This document shows positions 1-8,458 of a stretch of 30,887 bases of DNA, one piece after another. The position numbers were made by a program, and so were the translations under genes. The notes beneath the pieces are model-generated. The model saw only the letters and a program-made list of their open reading frames with translations, was not told the DNA's origin and did no database searches. The stretch is from Escherichia coli (GTDB lineage: Bacteria > Pseudomonadota > Gammaproteobacteria > Enterobacterales > Enterobacteriaceae): NCBI RefSeq assembly GCF_003334765.1, contig NZ_QOWT01000041.1, one strand, 5' to 3'. Within the stretch, counting starts at the first letter, position 1, and each line of letters begins with the position of its first letter.

Positions 1-59
1 TTTCTCTTCAACCGAACCGGCTGTTTGTGTGAAGTGATTCACATCCGCCGTGTCGATGG

Positions 60-115
60 AGGCGCATTATAGGGAGTTCTCCGCAGGCCGCAATAGAAAA
101 ATTGCAGAAAAATGA
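60..115 (-). promoter_or_regulatory. rrnE: rRNA operon P1 promoter reading leftward out of the window
   Basis: Minus strand: -35 TTGCGG (88-93), 16-nt spacer, -10 TATAAT (66-71), GC-rich discriminator GCGCC, A/T-rich UP-element-like tract at 94-115. This is the canonical rrn P1 layout. rrnE is the rrn operon divergent from purH in E. coli K-12. Confidence 0.8.
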
Positions 116-264
116 CTGACTGCTGCATTCCCCAGCAAAAGCCCGCTTTATACCTTTTTACGCACAGAGTTATCCACAATCATCAATGTAATTTCTGTAT
201 TTTGCCCACGGTAACCACAGTCAAAATTGTGATCACCATTGAAAGAGAAAAATTCGCGAGCGTT

Positions 265-280
265 GCGCAAACGTTTTCGT
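265..280. promoter_or_regulatory. PurR operator (pur box) at the purHD promoter
   Basis: GCGCAAACGTTTTCGT matches the 16-bp PurR box consensus ACGCAAACGTTTTCNT. It directly abuts a TACAAT -10-like hexamer at 281-286, about 100 nt upstream of the purH ATG. Confidence 0.75.
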
Positions 281-387
281 TACAATGCGGGCGAAAAATA
301 AGGATGCCCCGTTAGGGGCGTTAGCTGAGTTTTTCGCGAAAAATTCAGCTAACGCTCTCTGTAATAGTCAAATCCAGGGGATTTACC

Positions 388-1977
388 ATGCAACAACGTC
401 GTCCAGTCCGCCGCGCTCTGCTCAGTGTTTCTGACAAAGCCGGTATCGTCGAATTCGCCCAGGCACTTTCCGCACGCGGTGTGGAGCTGCTGTCTACAGG
501 GGGCACTGCCCGTCTGTTAGCAGAAAAAGGTCTGCCGGTAACCGAAGTTTCCGATTACACCGGTTTCCCGGAGATGATGGATGGACGCGTGAAGACCCTG
601 CATCCGAAAGTACATGGTGGCATTCTGGGCCGTCGCGGCCAGGACGATGCCATTATGGAAGAACATCAGATCCAGCCTATCGATATGGTGGTTGTTAACC
701 TGTATCCGTTCGCCCAGACCGTGGCCCGTGAAGGTTGCTCGCTGGAAGATGCGGTTGAGAACATCGATATCGGCGGCCCAACGATGGTGCGCTCCGCCGC
801 CAAGAACCATAAAGATGTCGCAATCGTGGTGAAGAGCAGCGACTATGACGCCATTATTAAAGAGATGGATGACAACGAAGGATCGCTGACGCTTGCAACC
901 CGTTTCGACCTCGCCATCAAAGCCTTCGAACACACTGCCGCCTACGACAGCATGATTGCCAACTACTTCGGCAGCATGGTTCCGGCTTACCACGGTGAAA
1001 GCAAAGAAGCCGCCGGTCGCTTCCCACGCACGCTGAACCTGAACTTCATTAAGAAGCTGGATATGCGTTACGGCGAGAACAGCCACCAGCAGGCTGCCTT
1101 CTATATAGAAGAGAATGTGAAAGAAGCCTCCGTTGCTACCGCAACCCAGGTTCAGGGTAAAGCCCTCTCTTATAACAACATCGCCGATACCGATGCGGCG
1201 CTGGAGTGCGTGAAAGAGTTCGCCGAGCCGGCATGTGTGATTGTGAAGCACGCCAACCCTTGCGGCGTGGCTATCGGCAATTCCATTCTTGATGCTTACG
1301 ATCGCGCGTACAAAACCGACCCAACCTCCGCATTCGGCGGCATCATTGCCTTTAACCGCGAGCTGGATGCGGAAACCGCACAGGCCATCATTTCTCGTCA
1401 GTTTGTCGAAGTGATTATTGCGCCGTCCGCCAGCGAAGAAGCCCTGAAAATCACCGCCGCCAAACAGAACGTACGCGTTCTGACCTGCGGTCAGTGGGGC
1501 GAGCGTGTTCCGGGCCTCGATTTCAAACGCGTGAACGGCGGTCTGCTGGTTCAGGATCGTGACCTGGGGATGGTCGGTGCGGAAGAACTGCGCGTGGTGA
1601 CCAAACGTCAGCCGAGCGAACAGGAACTGCGTGATGCGCTGTTCTGCTGGAAGGTGGCGAAGTTTGTGAAATCCAACGCTATCGTCTATGCCAAAAACAA
1701 TATGACTATCGGCATTGGCGCGGGCCAGATGAGCCGCGTGTACTCCGCAAAAATCGCCGGTATTAAAGCGGCCGATGAAGGCCTGGAAGTGAAAGGTTCC
1801 TCGATGGCTTCTGACGCGTTCTTCCCGTTCCGCGACGGTATTGATGCCGCCGCCGCTGCGGGCGTGACCTGCGTAATCCAGCCTGGCGGTTCTATCCGTG
1901 ATGACGAAGTGATTGCCGCCGCCGACGAGCACGGTATTGCGATGCTCTTCACCGACATGCGCCACTTCCGCCATTAA
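388..1977 (+). CDS. purH: Bifunctional AICAR transformylase / IMP cyclohydrolase
   Basis: 529-aa ORF recognised as E. coli PurH ([19 protein letters not shown]... ...FTDMRHFRH). N-terminal MGS-like cyclohydrolase domain and C-terminal AICARFT domain. Confidence 0.98.
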
Positions 1978-1988
1978 TGGAGCAATAG

Positions 1989-3278
1989 ATGAAAGTATTA
2001 GTGATTGGTAACGGCGGGCGCGAGCACGCGCTGGCCTGGAAAGCGGTCCAGTCGCCGCTGGTTGAGACTGTTTTTGTTGCTCCGGGTAATGCAGGCACTG
2101 CACTGGAACCCGCGCTGCAAAACGTTGCTATTGGCGTGACCGATATCCCGGCGCTGTTGGATTTCGCACAAAACGAAAAGATTGATCTGACCATCGTCGG
2201 CCCGGAAGCGCCGCTGGTGAAAGGCGTGGTCGATACCTTCCGCGCCGCCGGGCTGAAAATCTTCGGCCCAACCGCAGGTGCGGCCCAACTGGAAGGCTCA
2301 AAAGCGTTTACCAAAGATTTCCTGGCCCGCCATAAGATCCCTACGGCGGAATACCAGAACTTCACCGAGGTAGAACCTGCGCTGGCGTATCTGCGTGAGA
2401 AAGGCGCGCCAATCGTCATTAAAGCGGACGGTCTGGCTGCCGGGAAAGGCGTTATCGTGGCGATGACGCTGGAAGAAGCGGAAGCGGCTGTTCACGATAT
2501 GCTGGCGGGCAACGCTTTTGGCGACGCGGGTCATCGCATCGTTATCGAAGAGTTCCTCGATGGCGAAGAAGCGAGCTTTATCGTGATGGTGGACGGCGAG
2601 CATGTGCTGCCGATGGCTACCAGCCAGGATCACAAACGCGTAGGCGATAAAGATACCGGACCAAACACCGGCGGGATGGGCGCTTACTCCCCCGCGCCGG
2701 TAGTAACCGATGACGTTCATCAGCGCACCATGGAACGTATTATCTGGCCAACCGTGAAAGGCATGGCGGCGGAAGGCAACACCTACACCGGTTTTCTCTA
2801 CGCGGGCCTGATGATCGACAAACAGGGCAATCCGAAGGTTATTGAATTTAACTGCCGCTTTGGCGATCCGGAAACCCAGCCGATTATGCTGCGCATGAAG
2901 TCCGATCTGGTTGAGCTCTGCCTGGCGGCCTGTGAAAGCAAACTGGACGAGAAAACGTCCGAGTGGGATGAACGCGCTTCTCTCGGCGTGGTGATGGCTG
3001 CGGGTGGATATCCGGGTGATTACCGCACCGGTGACGTGATCCACGGCCTGCCGCTGGAAGAAGTGGCAGGCGGCAAAGTGTTCCACGCGGGCACAAAACT
3101 GGCGGATGACGAGCAGGTAGTGACCAACGGCGGGCGCGTACTGTGCGTCACCGCGCTGGGTCATACCGTGGCAGAAGCGCAGAAACGCGCCTATGCCTTA
3201 ATGACCGATATCCACTGGGACGACTGCTTCTGCCGGAAAGATATCGGCTGGCGCGCTATCGAACGCGAGCAGAACTAA
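1989..3278 (+). CDS. purD: Phosphoribosylamine-glycine ligase (GAR synthetase)
   Basis: 429-aa ATP-grasp ORF recognised as PurD. It starts 11 nt after the purH stop, behind a GGAG Shine-Dalgarno (taatGGAGcaatagATG). Confidence 0.98.
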   Translation: MKVLVIGNGGREHALAWKAVQSPLVETVFVAPGNAGTALEPALQNVAIGVTDIPALLDFAQNEKIDLTIVGPEAPLVKGVVDTFRAAGLKIFGPTAGAAQLEGSKAFTKDFLARHKIPTAEYQNFTEVEPALAYLREKGAPIVIKADGLAAGKGVIVAMTLEEAEAAVHDMLAGNAFGDAGHRIVIEEFLDGEEASFIVMVDGEHVLPMATSQDHKRVGDKDTGPNTGGMGAYSPAPVVTDDVHQRTMERIIWPTVKGMAAEGNTYTGFLYAGLMIDKQGNPKVIEFNCRFGDPETQPIMLRMKSDLVELCLAACESKLDEKTSEWDERASLGVVMAAGGYPGDYRTGDVIHGLPLEEVAGGKVFHAGTKLADDEQVVTNGGRVLCVTALGHTVAEAQKRAYALMTDIHWDDCFCRKDIGWRAIEREQN

Positions 3279-4600
3279 CGCGACAGTTTTGCCAATAGCG
3301 TTTTGCGCGTGATCCCTAACTGACGGGCGGCTTCGGTTTTGTTGCCGCCCGTTTTCTCCAGCGCCGCCAGAATCACCTCTTTTTCCACTTCCACCAACGG
3401 CTGAATATCCTGACTTTGTCCCAGCGGGATCGGCGTACTGGCAATCGCCAGCGGCAGCTCGCGTTCGGAAATATATTCCCCGGTCAGCAGCACCACTGCC
3501 CGTTCCACCGCGTTTTCCAGCTCACGAATATTTCCCGGCCAGTCGTAATGAATCAACAGATCCATCGCCTGGGGCGTAAAACCTTTTACCGCCTTGCGAT
3601 TACGCTCGGCAAAGCGCTGCAGAAAATGGCCAGCCAGCAGAGGGATATCTTCCCGCCGTTGCCGCAGCGATGGTACTTCAATCGCCACCACATTCAGGCG
3701 ATAGTAGAGATCCTGGCGAAAACGCCCGGCATTCACCTCTGCGGCAAGATCGCGATGGGTCGCCGCAATCAGCCGGACATCAACCGAGATAATCTGGTTG
3801 CTACCGACACGCTGAACTTCGCGCTCCTGAATCGCACGCAGCAGACGCACCTGCATCATCGGCGAGATATCGCCAATTTCATCGAGAAACAGCGTGCCGC
3901 CGTCCGCCTCAACAAAGCGCCCTTCCCGGCGTTTATCGGCTCCAGTAAACGCCCCTTTTTCGTGACCGAACAATTCAGATTCCAGCAAGGATTCGTTGAG
4001 TGCCGCACAGTTGAGCGTTACCAGCGGTTTTTCGCTACGTGCGCTACTGGCGTGAATCGCCCTGGCGACCAGCTCTTTACCGGTGCCGGAATCGCCGTGG
4101 ATCAGTACCGTGGCTTCCGATGGCGCGACGAGGGCGATTTCACTGAGCAGGTGTTGCATCGCCGGGCTTTTACCGACCATACCGAACTGGCTGGCAGTCA
4201 CCGCAGGTGTTTCAGCATCAATACTGTGCGTATGCGCGAGCGCTTTTTCCAGCGTCGCCTGTAGGTTATCGAAATCCAGCGGCTTGATGAGATAATCCAG
4301 CGCCCCAGTTTTCAGTGCCTCTACCGCCGTCTCGACGCTGGAGTACGCAGTCATAATCAGCACCGGAATTGCCGGGTTTAACGCTTTGATCTCTTTCAGC
4401 GTGGCGATGCCGTCCATCTCCGCCATTCGCACATCGCAAAGCACAAGATCAAAAACCTGTTCCCGCACCTGCTCCAACGCCTGTCGCCCGCTGTTCGCCA
4501 GCGCGACGTTATAGCCCCAGCCGCGCAGTAAAGCCTGCAAAATAGTGCAGTGGCTAATGTCATCATCCACCACCAGAATATCGATATTATCGTGCGTCAT
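3275..4600 (-). CDS. zraR: Sigma54-dependent response regulator of the zinc/envelope stress two-component system
   Basis: 441-aa ORF with an N-terminal receiver domain, an AAA+ domain (Walker [15 protein letters not shown] loop) and a C-terminal Fis-type HTH ([18 protein letters not shown]). Recognised as ZraR (HydG). Its ATG overlaps the zraS stop (ATGA). Confidence 0.97.
   Translation of the reverse strand: MTHDNIDILVVDDDISHCTILQALLRGWGYNVALANSGRQALEQVREQVFDLVLCDVRMAEMDGIATLKEIKALNPAIPVLIMTAYSSVETAVEALKTGALDYLIKPLDFDNLQATLEKALAHTHSIDAETPAVTASQFGMVGKSPAMQHLLSEIALVAPSEATVLIHGDSGTGKELVARAIHASSARSEKPLVTLNCAALNESLLESELFGHEKGAFTGADKRREGRFVEADGGTLFLDEIGDISPMMQVRLLRAIQEREVQRVGSNQIISVDVRLIAATHRDLAAEVNAGRFRQDLYYRLNVVAIEVPSLRQRREDIPLLAGHFLQRFAERNRKAVKGFTPQAMDLLIHYDWPGNIRELENAVERAVVLLTGEYISERELPLAIASTPIPLGQSQDIQPLVEVEKEVILAALEKTGGNKTEAARQLGITRKTLLAKLSR
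3323..3358 (+). terminator. Candidate intrinsic terminator of purHD, embedded in the zraR coding sequence
   Basis: Perfect 9-bp GC-rich stem ACGGGCGGC (3323-3331) / GCCGCCCGT (3344-3352), 12-nt loop, then TTTCTCC. It lies 45 nt after the purD stop. No U tract follows on the opposite strand. Confidence 0.5.
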
Positions 4601-5994
4601 CCTTGTGGGTCCTTACGCGTAATATTGACCGGAAGCCAGAGGGTGAACGTTGAGCCTTTTCCCTCCTGGCTTGCGACCTGAATTGTACCACCGTGTTGTT
4701 CAACAATATTATGCACGACCGCCAGCCCCAATCCGGTGCCTTCGGCTTTAGTGGTGAAGTACGGAGTGAAGATGGCATCAAGCTGATCTGCCGCAATTCC
4801 CTTACCGCTGTCGGTAACGCTGATTTTCACGCCCGCGCCGCTTTCGCTGGCCGTCACGCTAATCACGCCATGCTGACCAATCGCCTGAATAGCATTGAGA
4901 TAGAGATTCAACAGGACCTGAGTCAGCCTGTCCGGGTCGGCCTGAATTTCCGGTAATGTGTCGTTGGCGGTAAAGCGTAACTGGATCTCCCGGCTGTTTG
5001 CATCCTGACTTACCAGCTGTAATGAGTGGTTAATCAGCGTGTTGAGATCCACCGCCTGCAAAGCCAGATGCGTTGGCTTAACCAGTTCCAGCAACTCGCT
5101 TACCACGCGGTTTAAACGGTCGGCCTCTTTCGCCATCACCTGCGCCAGTTGATGCGCTTCTCCCCCTGCAGGCGCGCGCTCGGCAAAGTATTTCGCCAGT
5201 CCTTTAATCGAGGAAAGTGGGTTACGGATTTCGTGGGCAACGCCTGCCGCAAGATGCCCCAGCGCCACCAGCTTCTCTTTGCGCTTCATTTCATCTTGTA
5301 GAAGCTGGCGCGAGCGCAGATAGCGGCGATACCAGAAGAATGACAATACGCTTGCCAGCAAGACCGTCGCCAGGGCGAAGAGGATAATCAGGGTATTGCG
5401 CTTTTCCCCACTCTGGGTTGCAACCAGATCACTGGCATCAACGGCGATAAAAATAGCCTGTTGTGCATCTACTTGTGGCACAGCTTTGCCGTTACAGCGC
5501 GGCATATTGTGCATTCCATGCCGCCAGGGCGCTGACATTGGCTGGAACAAACGATAGACCTCAAGTGCAGGCGTAGTTTCCGTTTTCCCAAGCAGCCGCC
5601 AGCGGGAGTTTTCCTCTGGCTTTAATTTCTGCATTTCATCCGGCGAATAGAGCGCACGCCCGACCTTATCGGGGTCGCTATGAAGAATAATGATGCCCTG
5701 CGCATCGGTGACTGCGAACCACAACACTCCCGGCTGTCCCGCCATCTCTTCCAGAAGCGCCTGTTGCTGTACATGGTGCATTCGCATCCCCATCCCTACG
5801 CGGCTTCCCGACTCCAGAGCGCGGATAAGCACATTACCTTTTTCCAGTAATGCCTGGCGGTCTGCCTCGCTTGCCCGCCCATAATCACGAATCACAGTTA
5901 CCGCAAACAATCCCACCAGCCCAACAATGACCACGGGGAGGATCGCGCTTAACCATTTAGCTAAGGAGTCTTTAGAACGTTGCATAAAACGCAT
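4597..5994 (-). CDS. zraS: Sensor histidine kinase
   Basis: 465-aa ORF with two hydrophobic segments flanking a periplasmic domain, H box (HEIRNPL), and G boxes (DSGKGI, GTGLGLA). Recognised as ZraS (HydH). Confidence 0.96.
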   Translation of the reverse strand: MRFMQRSKDSLAKWLSAILPVVIVGLVGLFAVTVIRDYGRASEADRQALLEKGNVLIRALESGSRVGMGMRMHHVQQQALLEEMAGQPGVLWFAVTDAQGIIILHSDPDKVGRALYSPDEMQKLKPEENSRWRLLGKTETTPALEVYRLFQPMSAPWRHGMHNMPRCNGKAVPQVDAQQAIFIAVDASDLVATQSGEKRNTLIILFALATVLLASVLSFFWYRRYLRSRQLLQDEMKRKEKLVALGHLAAGVAHEIRNPLSSIKGLAKYFAERAPAGGEAHQLAQVMAKEADRLNRVVSELLELVKPTHLALQAVDLNTLINHSLQLVSQDANSREIQLRFTANDTLPEIQADPDRLTQVLLNLYLNAIQAIGQHGVISVTASESGAGVKISVTDSGKGIAADQLDAIFTPYFTTKAEGTGLGLAVVHNIVEQHGGTIQVASQEGKGSTFTLWLPVNITRKDPQG

Positions 5995-6025
5995 CTTCTT
6001 CTTTGCCTGCTCATCCCTTTCTGAC

Positions 6026-6041
6026 AGCAGAAATCATGCCA
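6026..6041 (-). promoter_or_regulatory. Sigma54 (-24/-12) promoter of zraSR
   Basis: Minus strand reads TGGCATGATTTCTGCT, with GG and GC elements separated by 10 nt as in TGGCAC-N5-TTGCW. It sits about 30 nt upstream of the zraS ATG. Confidence 0.7.
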
Positions 6042-6092
6042 TCTTTTATCAGCGCTTACCCTGCGCTGTAACACAAAGGCTTAAGTTTCAAT

Positions 6093-6138
6093 GAGTAAAA
6101 ATGACTCGCTACCCGCAGCAGGCGAGTCATTTTTACTC
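6093..6138. promoter_or_regulatory. ZraR upstream activating sequences (paired palindromic sites)
   Basis: GAGTAAAAATGACTCGC (6093-6109) and its exact reverse complement GCGAGTCATTTTTACTC (6122-6138). Each 17-mer is internally palindromic (GAGT-N9-ACTC). The pair is centred between the two divergent sigma54 promoters. Confidence 0.8.
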
Positions 6139-6180
6139 GTTTATCATGCCAGATTACCCGTCATATCAGCGTTTCATCGT

Positions 6181-6196
6181 TGGCACGGAAGATGCA
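6181..6196 (+). promoter_or_regulatory. Sigma54 (-24/-12) promoter of zraP
   Basis: TGGCACGGAAGATGCA matches TGGCAC-N5-TTGCA. It lies 36 nt upstream of the zraP ATG. Confidence 0.8.
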
Positions 6197-6231
6197 ATAC
6201 CCGAAGTAAGACAACCACTGGAGGATTAACC

Positions 6232-6657
6232 ATGAAACGGAACACGAAAATTGCCCTGGTAATGATGGCGCTTTCAGCAATGGCGATGGGATCGACATCT
6301 GCATTTGCTCACGGCGGACACGGTATGTGGCAGCAAAATGCCGCGCCTTTGACCAGCGAACAACAGACAGCGTGGCAGAAAATCCATAATGACTTTTACG
6401 CTCAAAGCAGCGCACTGCAACAGCAACTGGTGACGAAGCGTTATGAATACAATGCCCTGTTAGCCGCGAACCCACCGGATAGCAGCAAAATTAACGCGGT
6501 CGCCAAAGAGATGGAGAATTTGCGTCAGTCGTTAGATGAGTTACGGGTGAAACGAGATATCGCGATGGCTGAAGCGGGTATTCCGCGCGGAGCCGGAATG
6601 GGCATGGGCTACGGCGGCTGCGGTGGTGGCGGTCATATGGGTATGGGCCACTGGTAA
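6232..6657 (+). CDS. zraP: Periplasmic zinc-responsive chaperone / signalling modulator (CpxP/Spy family)
   Basis: 141 aa from the internal ATG at 6232, preceded by GGAGG at 6220-6224. Signal peptide MKRNTKIALVMMALSAMAMGSTSAFA, LTxxQ-type motif (PLTSEQQ), Gly/Met/His-rich C-terminal tail. The 188-aa tracked ORF is an upstream extension through the promoter. Confidence 0.93.
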   Translation: MKRNTKIALVMMALSAMAMGSTSAFAHGGHGMWQQNAAPLTSEQQTAWQKIHNDFYAQSSALQQQLVTKRYEYNALLAANPPDSSKINAVAKEMENLRQSLDELRVKRDIAMAEAGIPRGAGMGMGYGGCGGGGHMGMGHW

Positions 6658-6658
6658 A

Positions 6659-7360
6659 TCAGAACGTTTTCTCGTTGGGTTGCCAGCGACAGAAATCAGA
6701 GTTTGCCACTAACAGTAATTGCGAACCTTCGGGCGCTTCCAGCCATGCCACGCTGACATCAACAGAAGAGCGGCTCTGGCGGCGCTCGATATGCGCTATC
6801 GCCTGCGAATCTAAATCAGGTTTAATGGTTTGCCCTTCGCAGGTGGTCACGGTCTGTTCCATCGCATGCCAGCGCCCCTGGCGCAGCACGACTCTCCCCT
6901 GACGTAAGGCATCGCTAATCTGGCGGATCTGATCAGCACGATAACGGTATAAATCGATTTGGTCGTTAGAAAGCTGCTGCTTTTCCCCATCGGATTCACG
7001 TTGCATAAAGCTCAGATCACCGCGATCGTCAAAACGCGCGCGAATATTCACCGGCGGTTTGCTGTAAACATTGATATTGATGAGCGTGAGGTTATCGCCC
7101 TGCCAGCGATACTCTCGCGTCGTGGTATCGCCACTGCGCCACGGGCTAAACACGGCAAGCAGATGCACATTATCGCCGCTGTCTTTTCGCCAGATGCGTA
7201 CCGCGCCCTGGTCTTCAGCAAATCCACTGGCGGTAAAGGGAGGAAGTGAAGAGTTATGACTACAGGCAGTGAGAAGCAGAGCGCCAGCCAGCATCAATGA
7301 TCGACGCCAGAAAGACAAAAGGGGTGAAACCACCCCTTCGTTAAAACTGTTCACTGCCAC
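6659..7360 (-). CDS. yjaH: DUF1481-type predicted lipoprotein, function unknown
   Basis: ORF with lipobox LLTAC. Recognised as E. coli YjaH. The start codon is uncertain: GTG at 7360 or 7354, or a downstream start (see findings). Confidence 0.85.
   Translation of the reverse strand: MAVNSFNEGVVSPLLSFWRRSLMLAGALLLTACSHNSSLPPFTASGFAEDQGAVRIWRKDSGDNVHLLAVFSPWRSGDTTTREYRWQGDNLTLININVYSKPPVNIRARFDDRGDLSFMQRESDGEKQQLSNDQIDLYRYRADQIRQISDALRQGRVVLRQGRWHAMEQTVTTCEGQTIKPDLDSQAIAHIERRQSRSSVDVSVAWLEAPEGSQLLLVANSDFCRWQPNEKTF
7311..7338 (-). terminator. Intrinsic terminator of hupA
   Basis: Minus strand: AAGGGGTG-GTTT-CACCCCTT (8-bp stem, tetraloop) followed by TTGTCTTT. It begins 29 nt after the hupA stop. 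Confidence 0.75.
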
Positions 7361-7366
7361 GCAATC

Positions 7367-7639
7367 TTACTTAACTGCGTCTTTCAGTGCCTTGCCAGAA
7401 ACAAATGCCGGTACGTTAGCTGCGGCAATTTTGATTTCTTTACCGGTCTGCGGGTTGCGGCCAGTACGCTCAGCGCGGTGGTTCACTTTGAAGGTACCGA
7501 AACCAACCAGTTGTACAGCATCGCCTTCTTTCAGAGACTCAGTAATTGCAGCCAGAGTGGACTCCAGAGCAGCTTTAGCCTGGGTTTTGGACAGTTCTGC
7601 TTTCTCTGCAATTACATCAATCAGTTGAGTCTTGTTCAT
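7367..7639 (-). CDS. hupA: Nucleoid protein HU, alpha subunit
   Basis: 90-aa [93 protein letters not shown], recognised as HU-alpha. Confidence 0.99.
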
Positions 7640-7825
7640 AAGTTATCCTTACAATGTGTTTATCGCTTGCTAAGCATCGAGTGCGACGGAAATGCCAGAA
7701 TAGCACTCTCCTGCATACACGCACCGATAGCCACTTTTTTTCGCCCCCCAAATGTAGACCAGACGGGGGGCGAAAGGGAAGACTCCAGGTACGACAAATC
7801 AGGCGTTAAATCACGTTTTCTGGTC

Positions 7826-8416
7826 TTATTGCTGAAAAATTATACCAACATTGCTCTCACCCGCCTCACGCAGGTCTGCCCTAAGGCCTTTTATCAGCTC
7901 GATATCGCGTTCTTCGCACTCAGCTAAAAGTCGGAATATTTCCCACTGAATGTCCCATTCTTGCTCTACAGCTGGGTTTTCTTTAAGCTCTTCATCGCTC
8001 ATTTCGCGACCAGCCTGAGTCATTTCCAGCATCGCAACGGTCGTGATGGAGGTCTTACTCACTTCCACCGCGTGTTCGAGCGTTTCACCACTCAAACGCG
8101 AATGGACCAGTTCACTTAACGCCACGCAGGCATCGATTGCCGGATAAACGCCGTACAGATCGAAATCGTCGGCTGAAGGAATCGCTTCTTCAAATTTCTC
8201 CAGTTGGCTGTCGAAATTTACTTTTGCGTCTTTAACGGTCAGCGTTTCCCAGATGAGATCGAGAATGCGACGGTAAATTTGCCCATCACCAAAACCGGTT
8301 TGCTGGCAGAACATGGCGTAATTGGGGTACATGCGTTCGCATAAGCAAGCCATGAAAGTGACATGCTGCCAGCTTTCCAGGCGCTCCAGACGCAGATGAA
8401 TTGGGTTTTGTAACAT
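7826..8416 (-). CDS. yjaG: DUF416 family protein, function unknown
   Basis: 196-aa acidic helical ORF recognised as E. coli YjaG. It is in the expected position between hupA and nfi. Confidence 0.92.
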   Translation of the reverse strand: MLQNPIHLRLERLESWQHVTFMACLCERMYPNYAMFCQQTGFGDGQIYRRILDLIWETLTVKDAKVNFDSQLEKFEEAIPSADDFDLYGVYPAIDACVALSELVHSRLSGETLEHAVEVSKTSITTVAMLEMTQAGREMSDEELKENPAVEQEWDIQWEIFRLLAECEERDIELIKGLRADLREAGESNVGIIFQQ

Positions 8417-8458
8417 GTTGAGTTCTCAAATACGGAAATTATCCGCAGTTTACCTGAA

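Noticed and set aside
112-315. 67-aa plus-strand ORF in the rrnE-purH intergenic region
   Set aside because: It spans the rrn UP/Fis region, the PurR box and the purH promoter. It has no Shine-Dalgarno and an implausible composition.
290-387. Possible ZTP (pfl) or other purine-type riboswitch in the purH leader
   Set aside because: The conserved pfl elements (GGGTCGTGACTGGCGAAC-type core and CCGCCTGGGCA pseudoknot partner) are absent. The structures present are simple hairpins, and E. coli purHD is PurR-regulated.
517-2103. 528-aa minus-strand ORF antisense to purH. Similar antisense ORFs occur at 2298-3164 (purD), 3416-4264 (zraR), 12361-13131 (thiC) and 28214-29527 (rplA/rplK).
   Set aside because: The explanation is the same codon-aligned antisense frame, verified for purH, rplA and rplK by coordinate arithmetic. 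There is no Shine-Dalgarno or promoter context, and every one is fully nested in a well-supported gene.
6091-6231. Upstream extension of the zraP ORF to 188 aa
   Set aside because: The extension runs through the ZraR binding palindrome and the sigma54 promoter. The ATG at 6232 has GGAGG at proper spacing and begins a canonical signal peptide.
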